Shown here: in pieces, positions 28,298 through 38,821 of the stretch
Position numbering within the stretch: the stretch's first letter is position 1
Layout of the letters: every line of letters starts with the position of its first letter
Source: an uncultured Candidatus Saccharibacteria bacterium
GTDB taxonomy: Bacteria; Patescibacteriota; Minisyncoccia; Phycocordibacterales; DSPV01
Direction of reading: 5' to 3'
DNA length: 64,000 nucleotides
Assembly (NCBI GenBank): GCA_964349135.1
Contig: CAYGFK010000004.1
Span: 728-64,727 of the forward strand
The notes under the pieces: generated by a model
Seen by the model: only the letters and a program-made list of their open reading frames with translations
Databases searched by the model: none
Told to the model about the DNA's origin: nothing
Program-made: the position numbers and the translations under genes

Positions 28298-30199
28298 TTA
28301 CACTCCTATGATAACAGGAATTACGATAGGTCGCTTTGCCGTTTTTTGCATCAGGAATCGGCTTACGTTGTCGGTGACACGGTCTTTAACGATTTCGAAG
28401 TCGATGGGGTGCATACCTGCCGTGATATCCTCAATTGTCTTTTTGATGATGAGTCTTGTTTCCGAGAGGAGCTGTTGCGATTCTCGGAGGTAAACGAATC
28501 CGCGAGAGATAATATCCGGAGATTTTTTGAGTTTTCCGTTTTGACTCGACACACTGGCGATGATGACGAACATACCGTCTTGAGCGAGCATTTGGCGGTC
28601 ACGAAGGACCACTTCCTGTACGTCACCGACTGAGAATCCGTCTACGAGGACAAGTCCCCCCGGAGCTTTCTCTTTCCGTAACGTTATCTTTGTTCCGGTA
28701 GGGTCAATTTCAATGAGAGAGCCGTTATCAGGTACGATAACGTTTTCTTTTGGTACGCCAATTGATTGGGCAAGTTCGGCATGCTGACGGAGCATGTAAT
28801 GGTTTCCGTGGAGCGGGATGAAGAACGAGTAGTCTATTTGTTCATGAATCCATTTGAGCTCATCTCGGTTGCCATGACCTGACGCATGAACGTCTGAATC
28901 AAGATAGGTGATAACTTTTGCCTCGGAACGATACAAGTTGTCTTTGAGCTTCACCACTGAAGCATGGTTTGTCGGAATAATTGAGGACGAGAGAATGATG
29001 GTGTCTGTTGGGCGAAGACGTACATGTTTATGTGTTTTGTTTGCAATGCGCATAAGTGCCGCAAACTCTTCTCCTTGCGCGCCTGTGACAAGCATGAGGA
29101 GACGGTCGGGCGGATAATCTTCAATGGATTCGATAGGGACAATGTTTTTTACCTCAAGAAGTTTGAGCGTTTTTATAATCTCAAGATTCGTCTTCATGCT
29201 ACGGCCCTCGACCGCAACATATTTACCGTACTTTTCCGCTATCTTGATAATGGCGATAATACGTTCGACTTGTGAGGCAAAGGTGCTGATGATGATACGG
29301 CCCGACGTGGCTTTGATAATTTTCTCGATATTTTCGATAACAACGTTTTCTGAGAGCGAGAAACCGTGCTTTTCAATAGAGGTCGAGTCCATCGTGAGCA
29401 GGAGTACTTTACGATTTTTGAATTGTGAGTACTGCTTCACTTCTTCCTGTGTCGGGACACCATTGACGTTGTCGACACGCACATCTTCAATGAAGACAAT
29501 CTCTCCAATCGGAGTCTTAATGATAAGACCCATAGAGTCAGGGATGGTGTGCGAGATAGGAAAGGTTTCAATCGTCATCGTCTCGCTAATGCGAACCGTC
29601 TCTTTCGCTTTGAGAACCTTGATATCAAGTGGCGGGAGATGGGGGAATTCTTCTTGGCGCTTTTGTATCATGATTGCGCCGAATTGTCGTGAATAGATAG
29701 GCGGATTGCCAATCTGGGGCATGATATAGGGAATACCGCCGATATGGTCGAGGTGGCCGTGCGTGATAAAGACGCCACGCACCCTACTCTTTCGTTCTTG
29801 CAGGTAGGTGGTGTTGGGGAGGATGTAGTCGATGCCGGGAGTCCCTTCTTCTTTGAATTGAAGACCCATGTCGATAACGATGATATCGTTTTTATATTCA
29901 ATTGCGGTGAGGTTGCGTCCGACTTCTTCAACGCCACCAAGCGGGATGATTCGAATCGAATCTCCTGCCGGCGGAATAGAATCCGACGGTTTTCTGCTCT
30001 GTCGATGGATTGGAGATTGTGTTTGTCGAGGTCGGCGCGGTGGCTGAGACCGACGTCCTTTTCGCGGAGGACGTTGAGGTCTCTCGTTTGGCTGTTTGGG
30101 CTCGAATTTAGCAGTCATTCGGGCGTGGTAAGGTCTGTGTCGAAACGAACGATTATTGTTCGGGGTTCGATTCGAGTCTTTGTTTTTCTTTTCGTGCAT
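28298..30199 (-). CDS. rnj: ribonuclease J (metallo-beta-lactamase/beta-CASP) with about 85-aa Arg/Pro-rich basic N-terminal extension
   Basis: HGHLDHIGG zinc motif, beta-CASP and C-terminal domain. N-terminal KKNKDSNRTPNNNRSFRHRPYHARM...RPPRKGRRSQPPRRPRQ extension. Confidence 0.93.
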   Translation of the reverse strand: MHEKKNKDSNRTPNNNRSFRHRPYHARMTAKFEPKQPNERPQRPPRKGRRSQPPRRPRQTQSPIHRQSRKPSDSIPPAGDSIRIIPLGGVEEVGRNLTAIEYKNDIIVIDMGLQFKEEGTPGIDYILPNTTYLQERKSRVRGVFITHGHLDHIGGIPYIMPQIGNPPIYSRQFGAIMIQKRQEEFPHLPPLDIKVLKAKETVRISETMTIETFPISHTIPDSMGLIIKTPIGEIVFIEDVRVDNVNGVPTQEEVKQYSQFKNRKVLLLTMDSTSIEKHGFSLSENVVIENIEKIIKATSGRIIISTFASQVERIIAIIKIAEKYGKYVAVEGRSMKTNLEIIKTLKLLEVKNIVPIESIEDYPPDRLLMLVTGAQGEEFAALMRIANKTHKHVRLRPTDTIILSSSIIPTNHASVVKLKDNLYRSEAKVITYLDSDVHASGHGNRDELKWIHEQIDYSFFIPLHGNHYMLRQHAELAQSIGVPKENVIVPDNGSLIEIDPTGTKITLRKEKAPGGLVLVDGFSVGDVQEVVLRDRQMLAQDGMFVIIASVSSQNGKLKKSPDIISRGFVYLRESQQLLSETRLIIKKTIEDITAGMHPIDFEIVKDRVTDNVSRFLMQKTAKRPIVIPVIIGV

Positions 30200-30234
30200 T
30201 CTAGTTACTTAGTAAGAGGGCTTATAATATGTGC

Positions 30235-32004
30235 TTAAAGTGAATTGTTCTCAGAGAACAGGTGCCAAATTCGGTCCGTTTCGATATACCACTCGTTGAT
30301 ATTGAGAAATCGGTCGGAAGGTATCGCTACAGCGCTTAGATTCACCCCTTTAATTTCCGGAGGGACTACGTAGATGAAATCAGGTGAATAAATGAATGCG
30401 GCAGGGACGTCTTTATCGAGTTCTTTAGCGAACTCTCGGTAGATATCCATGCGTTCTGAGCGTGAGCTACTTAGTCGAGCTTTCTCAAGCAGTTTGTCGG
30501 TGGTGATATTGGCGTAGAGCGCAACATTGAGTCCTGGGTCATTGCGTTGCGACGAGTGCCAAAAAGCGAATAAATCGAGGTCTCGTCCGACGATTTCACC
30601 GAAAAAAAGCGTATCGAAATCTCGAGGTCGGATGATGTTTTGTGATAGGTCCCCTGTGTCGAAAAAGGCGAGCGTGACTTTGGCGCCGATGGCCTCCCAG
30701 TTTTCTTTGATTATTTGCGCTGCAGCTTTGAGTTCCTCGGTATTTGAGGTAGCGATTGAGAATTCGAGTCTGACTTTTTGTTTTTTGATGGTTTGTTCCA
30801 TAACTCCATCTTCTTCATTCGGTTTCCACCCGTTGCGCTCAAGAATATCTCGAGCTGCCCTGATGCGGGCATCGGAACTTGTTGCGTTTTCGTGTGGGAG
30901 TGTTTCTCCGAAGAGGGAGTGTGGTAGTGGACCAAAGATTGGAACACCGTAACCGCTGAGCACTTCCTCAACGATACGTTCACGGTCGAGTGCTTCATCA
31001 AGTGCGACGCGCACCTCGGAGTGTGTGAATGCCGCAACGTCGTTTTGATTGAAGAATACGGCAAAAATCCTCGGGAGTGCGACGCGCTCTACTTTAATAC
31101 CAAGAGATGAGAGTGCGCGGGCTTGATACGGAGAGACACTGCTCAGACTATGGATTTCTTTTTTCTGGAGCGCTTCAATGGCCGCATCCTCATTTTGATA
31201 GAATGTGAATATAATTTTCCTGATATAAGGCTCTTCGAGAGTGTAGTCTTGGAACGGAATCAGCGTGTATGAGGATGGGATACCACCACTTGAACGTTGG
31301 ATATTTTTAACGCGATACGGCCCAGACCCGACTGGTTCGATATTGTATTGGCTGAAGGTGAATTGTTCCGTTTCGACTTGTTGCCAGATGTGTGACGGGA
31401 GGATGCCGAGCGTCGTGTTTTCGAGGAATGGCGGGTAGGCCTGCGCAAGTGAGAGCGTGAGGGTATGCTCATCAATTTTTGATGCCACGACGCCCTCCCA
31501 TCCTGCGCGTTTAGGGCTTTTGAGATTCGGGTCCTGAGCTTTTTTAATCGTGAAGATGATGTCGTCTGAGGTAACAGGAGTTTGGTCATGGAAAACGGCA
31601 TTTTTTCGGAGATGAAAAGTATAGGTAAGGCCATCATCTGAGATATCGTAGCTTTCGGCGAGGTCTGGGACGAGCGTGCCGTCGCTTGAGACTTTTAGAA
31701 GGCCTGAATAGACGAGCGTCGTAAGGTCTCGGTCGGCATCAGAAATAGCCAAGAGGGGGTTTATAAAGCGGGGTATGCCCACAATGCCTTCAGAGAGTGT
31801 TCCTCCGGGAGCAGGAACAGGGACTGTCAGCGCGTGGCTCAGATTTGAAAGGAGGACAAATGACGAGCCGGCAAAGACAAGTGCGATAACAAAAAAGACG
31901 ACTCGTTCGGTAAGCGAGAATGCGGTGACGGTGTTTGCCACCTTTTCAAAGATGGAGATACGATACCGCTTCGTTGCAATATTTTTTAATTGGTCGCTAA
32001 CCAC
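30235..32004 (-). CDS. ABC-type substrate-binding protein, family 5 (peptide/nickel OppA/DppA-like), membrane-anchored, orphan
   Basis: N-terminal TM anchor. SBP_bac_5-like core (TLVYSGLLKVSSDGTLVPDLAESYDISDDGLTYTFHLRKNAVFHD). No permease or ATPase genes adjacent. Confidence 0.85.
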   Translation of the reverse strand: MVSDQLKNIATKRYRISIFEKVANTVTAFSLTERVVFFVIALVFAGSSFVLLSNLSHALTVPVPAPGGTLSEGIVGIPRFINPLLAISDADRDLTTLVYSGLLKVSSDGTLVPDLAESYDISDDGLTYTFHLRKNAVFHDQTPVTSDDIIFTIKKAQDPNLKSPKRAGWEGVVASKIDEHTLTLSLAQAYPPFLENTTLGILPSHIWQQVETEQFTFSQYNIEPVGSGPYRVKNIQRSSGGIPSSYTLIPFQDYTLEEPYIRKIIFTFYQNEDAAIEALQKKEIHSLSSVSPYQARALSSLGIKVERVALPRIFAVFFNQNDVAAFTHSEVRVALDEALDRERIVEEVLSGYGVPIFGPLPHSLFGETLPHENATSSDARIRAARDILERNGWKPNEEDGVMEQTIKKQKVRLEFSIATSNTEELKAAAQIIKENWEAIGAKVTLAFFDTGDLSQNIIRPRDFDTLFFGEIVGRDLDLFAFWHSSQRNDPGLNVALYANITTDKLLEKARLSSSRSERMDIYREFAKELDKDVPAAFIYSPDFIYVVPPEIKGVNLSAVAIPSDRFLNINEWYIETDRIWHLFSENNSL

Positions 32005-32073
32005 AAATGCTATTCAGAGAAAAAACGACAAATAAAGTTACGTAGTGCAGAGTAGTTTCCTTCGCGTAAGGAT

Positions 32074-32310
32074 TTAGTTCGAGAGAAGGGCGATGAGCGC
32101 GGTGAGCGCGAACAACACACCGAACACAATGGTCGAATTGAACAAGATACGTTCAGCACCGCGTCGGGCGTGGAAGAACGAACTGAAATTCGAATTGTCG
32201 CCGAACGCACCTCCAAGTCCTGCGCTGGAGCGCTGGAGAAGTATCGCGGTAATCAAAAGTACCGACAGTACTATTTGTACATACGGAAGATAAGAGATAA
32301 GTACCTGCAT
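32074..32310 (-). CDS. secG: preprotein translocase subunit SecG
   Basis: TAILLQRSSAGLGGAFG is the SecG signature. Two TM helices. Confidence 0.85.
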   Translation of the reverse strand: MQVLISYLPYVQIVLSVLLITAILLQRSSAGLGGAFGDNSNFSSFFHARRGAERILFNSTIVFGVLFALTALIALLSN

Positions 32311-32464
32311 TGGGAGAGAGTATAGCAGGATAATCGTAAAAGCGCAACAGCGTCGACCTTACGGTCGTTGACAGTGAAGGCGAATACCATATAATGGGTT
32401 CCGTTTTATCACTCTATGCCCAATGCTTCGTTATGTTCGAAATTGGGCTATATATATTGAAACT

Positions 32465-34488
<2,024 letters not shown>

Positions 34489-34547
34489 ACGAGCGCAATC
34501 CACAGTTTTGATTGCGCCATATTTTGGGCGGGGATACAATAATACCT

Positions 34548-34658
34548 ATGGAACGAGAAGGAGATAAAAGCGCAAAGTTTCTCTTGTTCACGGTTGGTGC
34601 AATAATCGTCGTATTCGTCTTGGCTTACGGCGTTGCTACTGGCCTGATCTTCGGATAA
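34548..34658 (+). CDS. candidate 36-aa hydrophobic micro-protein (MEREGDKSAKFLLFTVGAIIVVFVLAYGVATGLIFG)
   Basis: Not in the ORF track. Single predicted TM helix. A hairpin with T-run follows at 34683..34710. Confidence 0.25.
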   Translation: MEREGDKSAKFLLFTVGAIIVVFVLAYGVATGLIFG

Positions 34659-34682
34659 CTCGCGCTCAATAATTCACAAGAT

Positions 34683-34710
34683 ACTCCTGTAAAATACGGG
34701 AGTGTTTTGT
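34683..34710 (+). terminator. rho-independent terminator downstream of groESL / micro-ORF
   Basis: ctcctgta-aaa-tacgggag + GTTTTGTG. Confidence 0.6.
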
Positions 34711-34770
34711 GATATAATTCCAACGTCGTCTTACTATAGAATCTCTAGGTAGGTACCCTTCAAAAAAATT

Positions 34771-35328
34771 ATGACTATATTACTTGTTATTGCGGTGTTC
34801 ATCGGGCTCATCTTTGTATGGGTTGTGTTCGCGTACAATCGTTTTGTCACGCTTATCAATCGTTCGAAAGAGGCATGGGCGGATATCGATGTACAGCTTA
34901 AACGTCGCTACGACCTCATCCCGAATCTAGTGAGTACCGTGAAGGGGTATGTGGCGCATGAAGCGGGAACCCTTGAGAAGGTGACGGAGGCCCGAACGGC
35001 AGCGATGGGGGCGCAATCACTTGAAGACAAGAATAAGGCAGAGAACATGCTTTCCGGTGCGCTCAAAACTCTTTTCGCGGTTGCTGAGAGTTACCCTGAC
35101 CTGAAAGCGAACCAGAATTTCCTCGAACTTCAACGCGAGCTTTCTGATACCGAAAACAAAATACAGGCGTCGCGTCGCTTCTACAACGGAAATGTCCGAG
35201 ACCTCAATACGGCCATCGAAATATTCCCCGGTAATATTATTGCGAACATGTTCAAGTTCGGAAAAATGGAACTCTTTGAACTTGAAGCGGGTTCGGAGGC
35301 AAAAGAACCAGTTAACGTTAGTTTCTAG
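34771..35328 (+). CDS. lemA: LemA family protein
   Basis: N-terminal TM. AYNRFVTLINRSKEAWADIDVQLKRRYDLIPNLV is canonical LemA. Confidence 0.9.
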   Translation: MTILLVIAVFIGLIFVWVVFAYNRFVTLINRSKEAWADIDVQLKRRYDLIPNLVSTVKGYVAHEAGTLEKVTEARTAAMGAQSLEDKNKAENMLSGALKTLFAVAESYPDLKANQNFLELQRELSDTENKIQASRRFYNGNVRDLNTAIEIFPGNIIANMFKFGKMELFELEAGSEAKEPVNVSF

Positions 35329-35430
35329 AGCTATGTGGAGATAGTGTGCTGACAGTGTTGATGCCTTGCTTTGAGTGCGAGGTATTCATTCTAGCTTTGG
35401 TTAGTTCTAGAATTCCAGGCTCGTGACCTT

Positions 35431-35940
35431 ATGGCATTTATCTCTAAAACAGACGGAGCAAAAGTCACATGGCGTGACAGCGGAGAGATACTAAAGCTCT
35501 TTCTGAAGTCGTGGGTGGTAAAAATCGGGATTGTCGGTTTTCTATGTTTTGCTCTGTATTATCACCTGTTTCTTTATTGGGACGTTTTGAACGGGTGCTA
35601 TGTGCAGATTAGATTTCCCATTTCTGATTTCAACAGCACAACCATAAAGAAGGGTATCCTTTTTCTCAAGGAAAACGTACCCGGTGAATATAAGCGATTT
35701 TGTGAAAATGTCTCGGTGATAGACCCGAATACGTCATGCGGCGGCTTCGGGGGAGGGTGTTTCAGACACTTCTCGTCTCAAGATGGGGTTATTGACGTCA
35801 GTGTTCCGTATGGCTATGTTGAAGCCTCTGCAAAAGTCCTTATTCATGAGACATGCCACGTCATTCAATTCAATGAGGGGCGAGCAGGGGACGAAAACGA
35901 ATGCTATGGACGCGACTCTATTCTTGAATATCGAAAGTGA
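35431..35940 (+). CDS. membrane-anchored hypothetical protein with HExxH zinc-peptidase-like motif and Cys/Gly-rich segment
   Basis: TM near the N-terminus. VLIHETCHVIQF (HExxH) plus downstream Glu (NEGRAGDENECYGRD). CGGFGGGC segment. Located between lemA and htpX. Confidence 0.55.
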   Translation: MAFISKTDGAKVTWRDSGEILKLFLKSWVVKIGIVGFLCFALYYHLFLYWDVLNGCYVQIRFPISDFNSTTIKKGILFLKENVPGEYKRFCENVSVIDPNTSCGGFGGGCFRHFSSQDGVIDVSVPYGYVEASAKVLIHETCHVIQFNEGRAGDENECYGRDSILEYRK

Positions 35941-35996
35941 CAGTCGCAATCGGTTTTTCGTTCCGTGGAGAATTATATATATGATATTCTAAAAAC

Positions 35997-36926
35997 ATGG
36001 CAACTCTCTATACTGAGCAGGATAGTAATGTACGAAAAACGTGGTTTTTGATGTCGCTCTTTCTTGCGCTCATCGTAGGGCTCGGATGGTTTTTCAGCTA
36101 CTACTATGATTCCTATGCCATCCTTGTTTTTGCAGTTCTCTTTAGTGTGCTTGCGAACGTAGGAAGCTATTGGTATTCAGATAAAATAGTGCTTTCGTTG
36201 ACTCGCGCGAAGGAGGTGCGAAAGGAGGACAATCCGATGCTTTGGAATGTCGTTGAGAATCTTTCGATTACTGCAGGTTTGCCGATGCCTCGGCTCTGTA
36301 TTGTTGACGACCCGTCGCCCAACGCATTTGCTACAGGGAGAGACAAAGAGCACGCGGCCGTTGCAGTTACAACAGGCCTTTTGTCGATGCTTGATCGCTC
36401 GGAGTTAGAGGGAGTTATCGCGCACGAACTGTCGCATATCGGCAACCGCGATATTCTCATCTCGACGATCGTGGTGGTACTTGCGGGGCTTGTGGTGATG
36501 CTCTCCGATTTCTTTTTACGCATGCAATTTTGGGGAGGCGGTCGTTCCCGTGACAGCAAAGGTAATCAAGCACAGGCTATTATGCTTATCGTAGGGCTCG
36601 TGTTCGCTATCTTAAGTCCTATCATCGCCACCGTCATACGACTTGCGATTTCGCGTAAACGAGAATTCCTCGCCGATGCGTCAGGAGCTCTCCTCACGCG
36701 CTACCCTGAAGGTCTTGCCCGCGCACTCCAGAAAATTTCTCAGTATGGAGGGAAAATGCAACGTGCGAGCCACGCGACCGCGCATCTTTTCATTGCAAAT
36801 CCCTTTGGCGGAAAGAAAGGGGAGGGTGGAAGTTTGAATTTTTTCGACAGGCTTTTTCTAACACATCCGCCTATGGAGGAACGAATCCACGCCTTACTTG
36901 GCGGAAGAGAGTCGCATGGAAACTGA
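35997..36926 (+). CDS. htpX: zinc metalloprotease HtpX (M48 family)
   Basis: HELSHIGNRD HExxH, 4 TM helices, C-terminal LTHPPMEERI. Confidence 0.93.
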   Translation: MATLYTEQDSNVRKTWFLMSLFLALIVGLGWFFSYYYDSYAILVFAVLFSVLANVGSYWYSDKIVLSLTRAKEVRKEDNPMLWNVVENLSITAGLPMPRLCIVDDPSPNAFATGRDKEHAAVAVTTGLLSMLDRSELEGVIAHELSHIGNRDILISTIVVVLAGLVVMLSDFFLRMQFWGGGRSRDSKGNQAQAIMLIVGLVFAILSPIIATVIRLAISRKREFLADASGALLTRYPEGLARALQKISQYGGKMQRASHATAHLFIANPFGGKKGEGGSLNFFDRLFLTHPPMEERIHALLGGRESHGN

Positions 36927-37500
36927 ACTCAATAAAATAACCATAACGGATAAACTGATTGCAAAGACGATACTTCCGTTCGTGCCTCGCATCGTGACGC
37001 CGAATCACCTTACCGCGTTTCGTCTTGCCGCGACGCCATTCGTGCTTTACCTTCTCACGCTCGGAGAGTATCAATGGGGGCTCGTGCTTTTTATTATCAC
37101 CGCGTTTTCCGATGCCGTAGATGGAGCACTCGCGCGCGTGCGGGGACTCGTCACTGAGTGGGGGAAGATGTATGACCCGCTTGCGGATAAATTTCTCATC
37201 GGTTCGGTTACCGCACTCATCGTCGCAAAATTCTTAGACCAATGGCTCGCACTTTCCATTATTGGGCTCGAGCTTTTTCTCATCATCGGAGCGTTTTGGA
37301 GACGACGGTATCGAAAGATAGAAATTAAGGCAAAGAAAGTTGGGAAGGTGAAGATGGTGCTACAGTCTCTTGGTGTGGGACTGCTACTGCTTTCCATTGT
37401 TCTTGGCGGGCAACCGATACTACTTGAAGCGGCACGATACACACTTATCCTCGGGCTTGCATTCGCGGTCCTTTCGCTCGTTGTGTATCGTTCAATTTAG
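36916..37500 (+). CDS. CDP-alcohol phosphatidyltransferase family protein (PgsA-like)
   Basis: DAVDGALARVRGLVTEWGKMYDPLADK matches D-G-x2-A-R-x8-G-x3-D-x3-D. Start METELNK overlaps the htpX stop. Confidence 0.85.
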   Translation: METELNKITITDKLIAKTILPFVPRIVTPNHLTAFRLAATPFVLYLLTLGEYQWGLVLFIITAFSDAVDGALARVRGLVTEWGKMYDPLADKFLIGSVTALIVAKFLDQWLALSIIGLELFLIIGAFWRRRYRKIEIKAKKVGKVKMVLQSLGVGLLLLSIVLGGQPILLEAARYTLILGLAFAVLSLVVYRSI

Positions 37501-37540
37501 TTGAAAGTTGTAGGGTAACAGTTTAAAGTGAGTAGCTATT

Positions 37541-37625
37541 GGAGGCGTCGCATAGTGGCCTAGTGCGCTCGCTTGGAAAGCGAGTATGGGGAAACCCATC
37601 GAGAGTTCGAATCTCTCCGCCTCCG
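37541..37625 (+). tRNA. tRNA-Ser (anticodon GGA), no encoded CCA
   Basis: Manual fold: acceptor GGAGGCG/CGCCTCC, 3-bp D-stem, anticodon stem CTCGC/GCGAG with loop TTGGAAA, long variable arm, T-arm GAGAG-TTCGAAT-CTCTC. Confidence 0.9.
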
Positions 37626-37807
37626 AATTTGTAAAATAGATAGCTTCTGCTATCTCATTTTGCAAACAGTCGGAAGGAAGCGAAGCTTTCGGAGATTCGA
37701 AAGGCGCAGGTATATTTTCGCAGTAGCGAAAATACCGAGCCAGGGTCGTGAAAATTTTCGAGCGGTAGCGAGGAAATTATTCCTGACCGAATCTCTCCGC
37801 CTCCGAA
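37608..37807. repeat. 20-bp perfect direct repeat CGAATCTCTCCGCCTCCGAA: copy 1 = tRNA-Ser T-loop to 3' end (37608..37627), copy 2 at 37788..37807. An att-like duplication bracketing a 160-bp insert
   Basis: Exact 20/20 identity seen directly. The insert contains imperfect about 42-bp tandem units (TTTTCG..GTAGCGA). Confidence 0.8.
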
Positions 37808-38049
37808 ATGACGAATTATAAGATATCGTTAGATATCTGTTTCGGCATCACGGGTTGTGAGATTTGGTGCCCAGACGAGCATTTTTGAGACGTTTGCGAA
37901 CAGAAAATCTATTCCGGGTCAGGGCCAATACGTGGCGACTTGCTTTGCATTGACTTTTATTGTGTAATGTGCTACCCTTCCCATTCAGAGCGTACTAATC
38001 AAGTCCTATCGGCTTGATCGCACATTCCAAACAAGCAAAAGGAGCGACT

Positions 38050-38616
38050 ATGTTCGAAACCATTAAGTTCGACTTTTACTCTACCCAGATGTACATCCTC
38101 TTCGAGGGCGCCATGAAAGCAAAAGAAGAGGGGAATAATCAACAAGTCTTGTTGCTTCTCCGAAAGGCGCTGAAGGCCGGTCATACGGCTTTGAGCATTC
38201 AGAGTTCGAAGGTCAGCGAGCAGCAACGGTCGGCAGTGACCAATAGAATTTCGTCCGGCCAGAAGCTCTATCAGCGAGAACTTATCGTGCAGATGCCGGA
38301 AGAAGACCGCGAACTCTTCGTGTCGGTTCTGAAGTCGTGGTCGGATATGAAAATTGTCACGATCGGAGCCAATCCTCTCGACCAGATGATCGGCATGTTC
38401 AATATCGCCAAGAATCGTCTCGATAAGGGCAATAAGGTCCTCAGTGTTATTTACAAGGGTGACCATGTGCCCGCGCCGCTTCGGGACATCATACATCCTT
38501 TCCTCGCGGGAGAGGCGACGCAGGAGGAGACCGAGAAGCGACTCGAAGAGTGTACTGTGAAGCTGAAGAAATGGATGCCGGAATTGTTTCCCGGAGAACT
38601 GCTTTCTGCGCGATGA
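38050..38616 (+). CDS. hypothetical protein (188 aa)
   Basis: AGGAG Shine-Dalgarno 7 nt upstream of ATG(MFETIKF). Strong terminator downstream. An antisense ORF of similar length lacks signals. Confidence 0.6.
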   Translation: MFETIKFDFYSTQMYILFEGAMKAKEEGNNQQVLLLLRKALKAGHTALSIQSSKVSEQQRSAVTNRISSGQKLYQRELIVQMPEEDRELFVSVLKSWSDMKIVTIGANPLDQMIGMFNIAKNRLDKGNKVLSVIYKGDHVPAPLRDIIHPFLAGEATQEETEKRLEECTVKLKKWMPELFPGELLSAR

Positions 38617-38635
38617 ACTCCAATCCTTAACACAA

Positions 38636-38675
38636 GGTCTGCACCGCTACGCGGTCGCAGACCTTTCTTTTTGTA
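38636..38675 (+). terminator. rho-independent terminator
   Basis: aggtctgcaccgc-tac-gcggtcgcagacct + TTCTTTTT. Confidence 0.75.
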
Positions 38676-38821
38676 AAGAATAATTTTGTGTGTACTCTGC
38701 GTACTCGAAACGCTTGCATTTGTATTTTGCCAAAGAAAAACTTAAAATTGTCAGTTCGAATGTATCTAATCAAGCAAATAAGGAGTTCTAGAGGTATAAA
38801 GGAATTCAAACCCAGAACAAT

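Noticed and set aside
37626-37787. SRP RNA or second tRNA within the tRNA-Ser insert (contains GGAAGGAAGC reminiscent of SRP domain IV)
   Set aside because: No flanking CCAGGUCAGG-type helix or tRNA cloverleaf could be folded. The similarity is too short.
37573-37821. 82-aa ORF across the tRNA-Ser downstream insert
   Set aside because: Overlaps the tRNA 3' end and runs through the tandem-repeat insert and the 20-bp att-like repeat. Arg-rich junk translation.
37999-38496. 165-aa minus-strand ORF antisense to the 38050..38616 gene
   Set aside because: No SD or promoter. The plus-strand ORF has a canonical AGGAG SD and a strong terminator, so only the plus-strand gene was kept, though the minus ORF is not absurd in composition.
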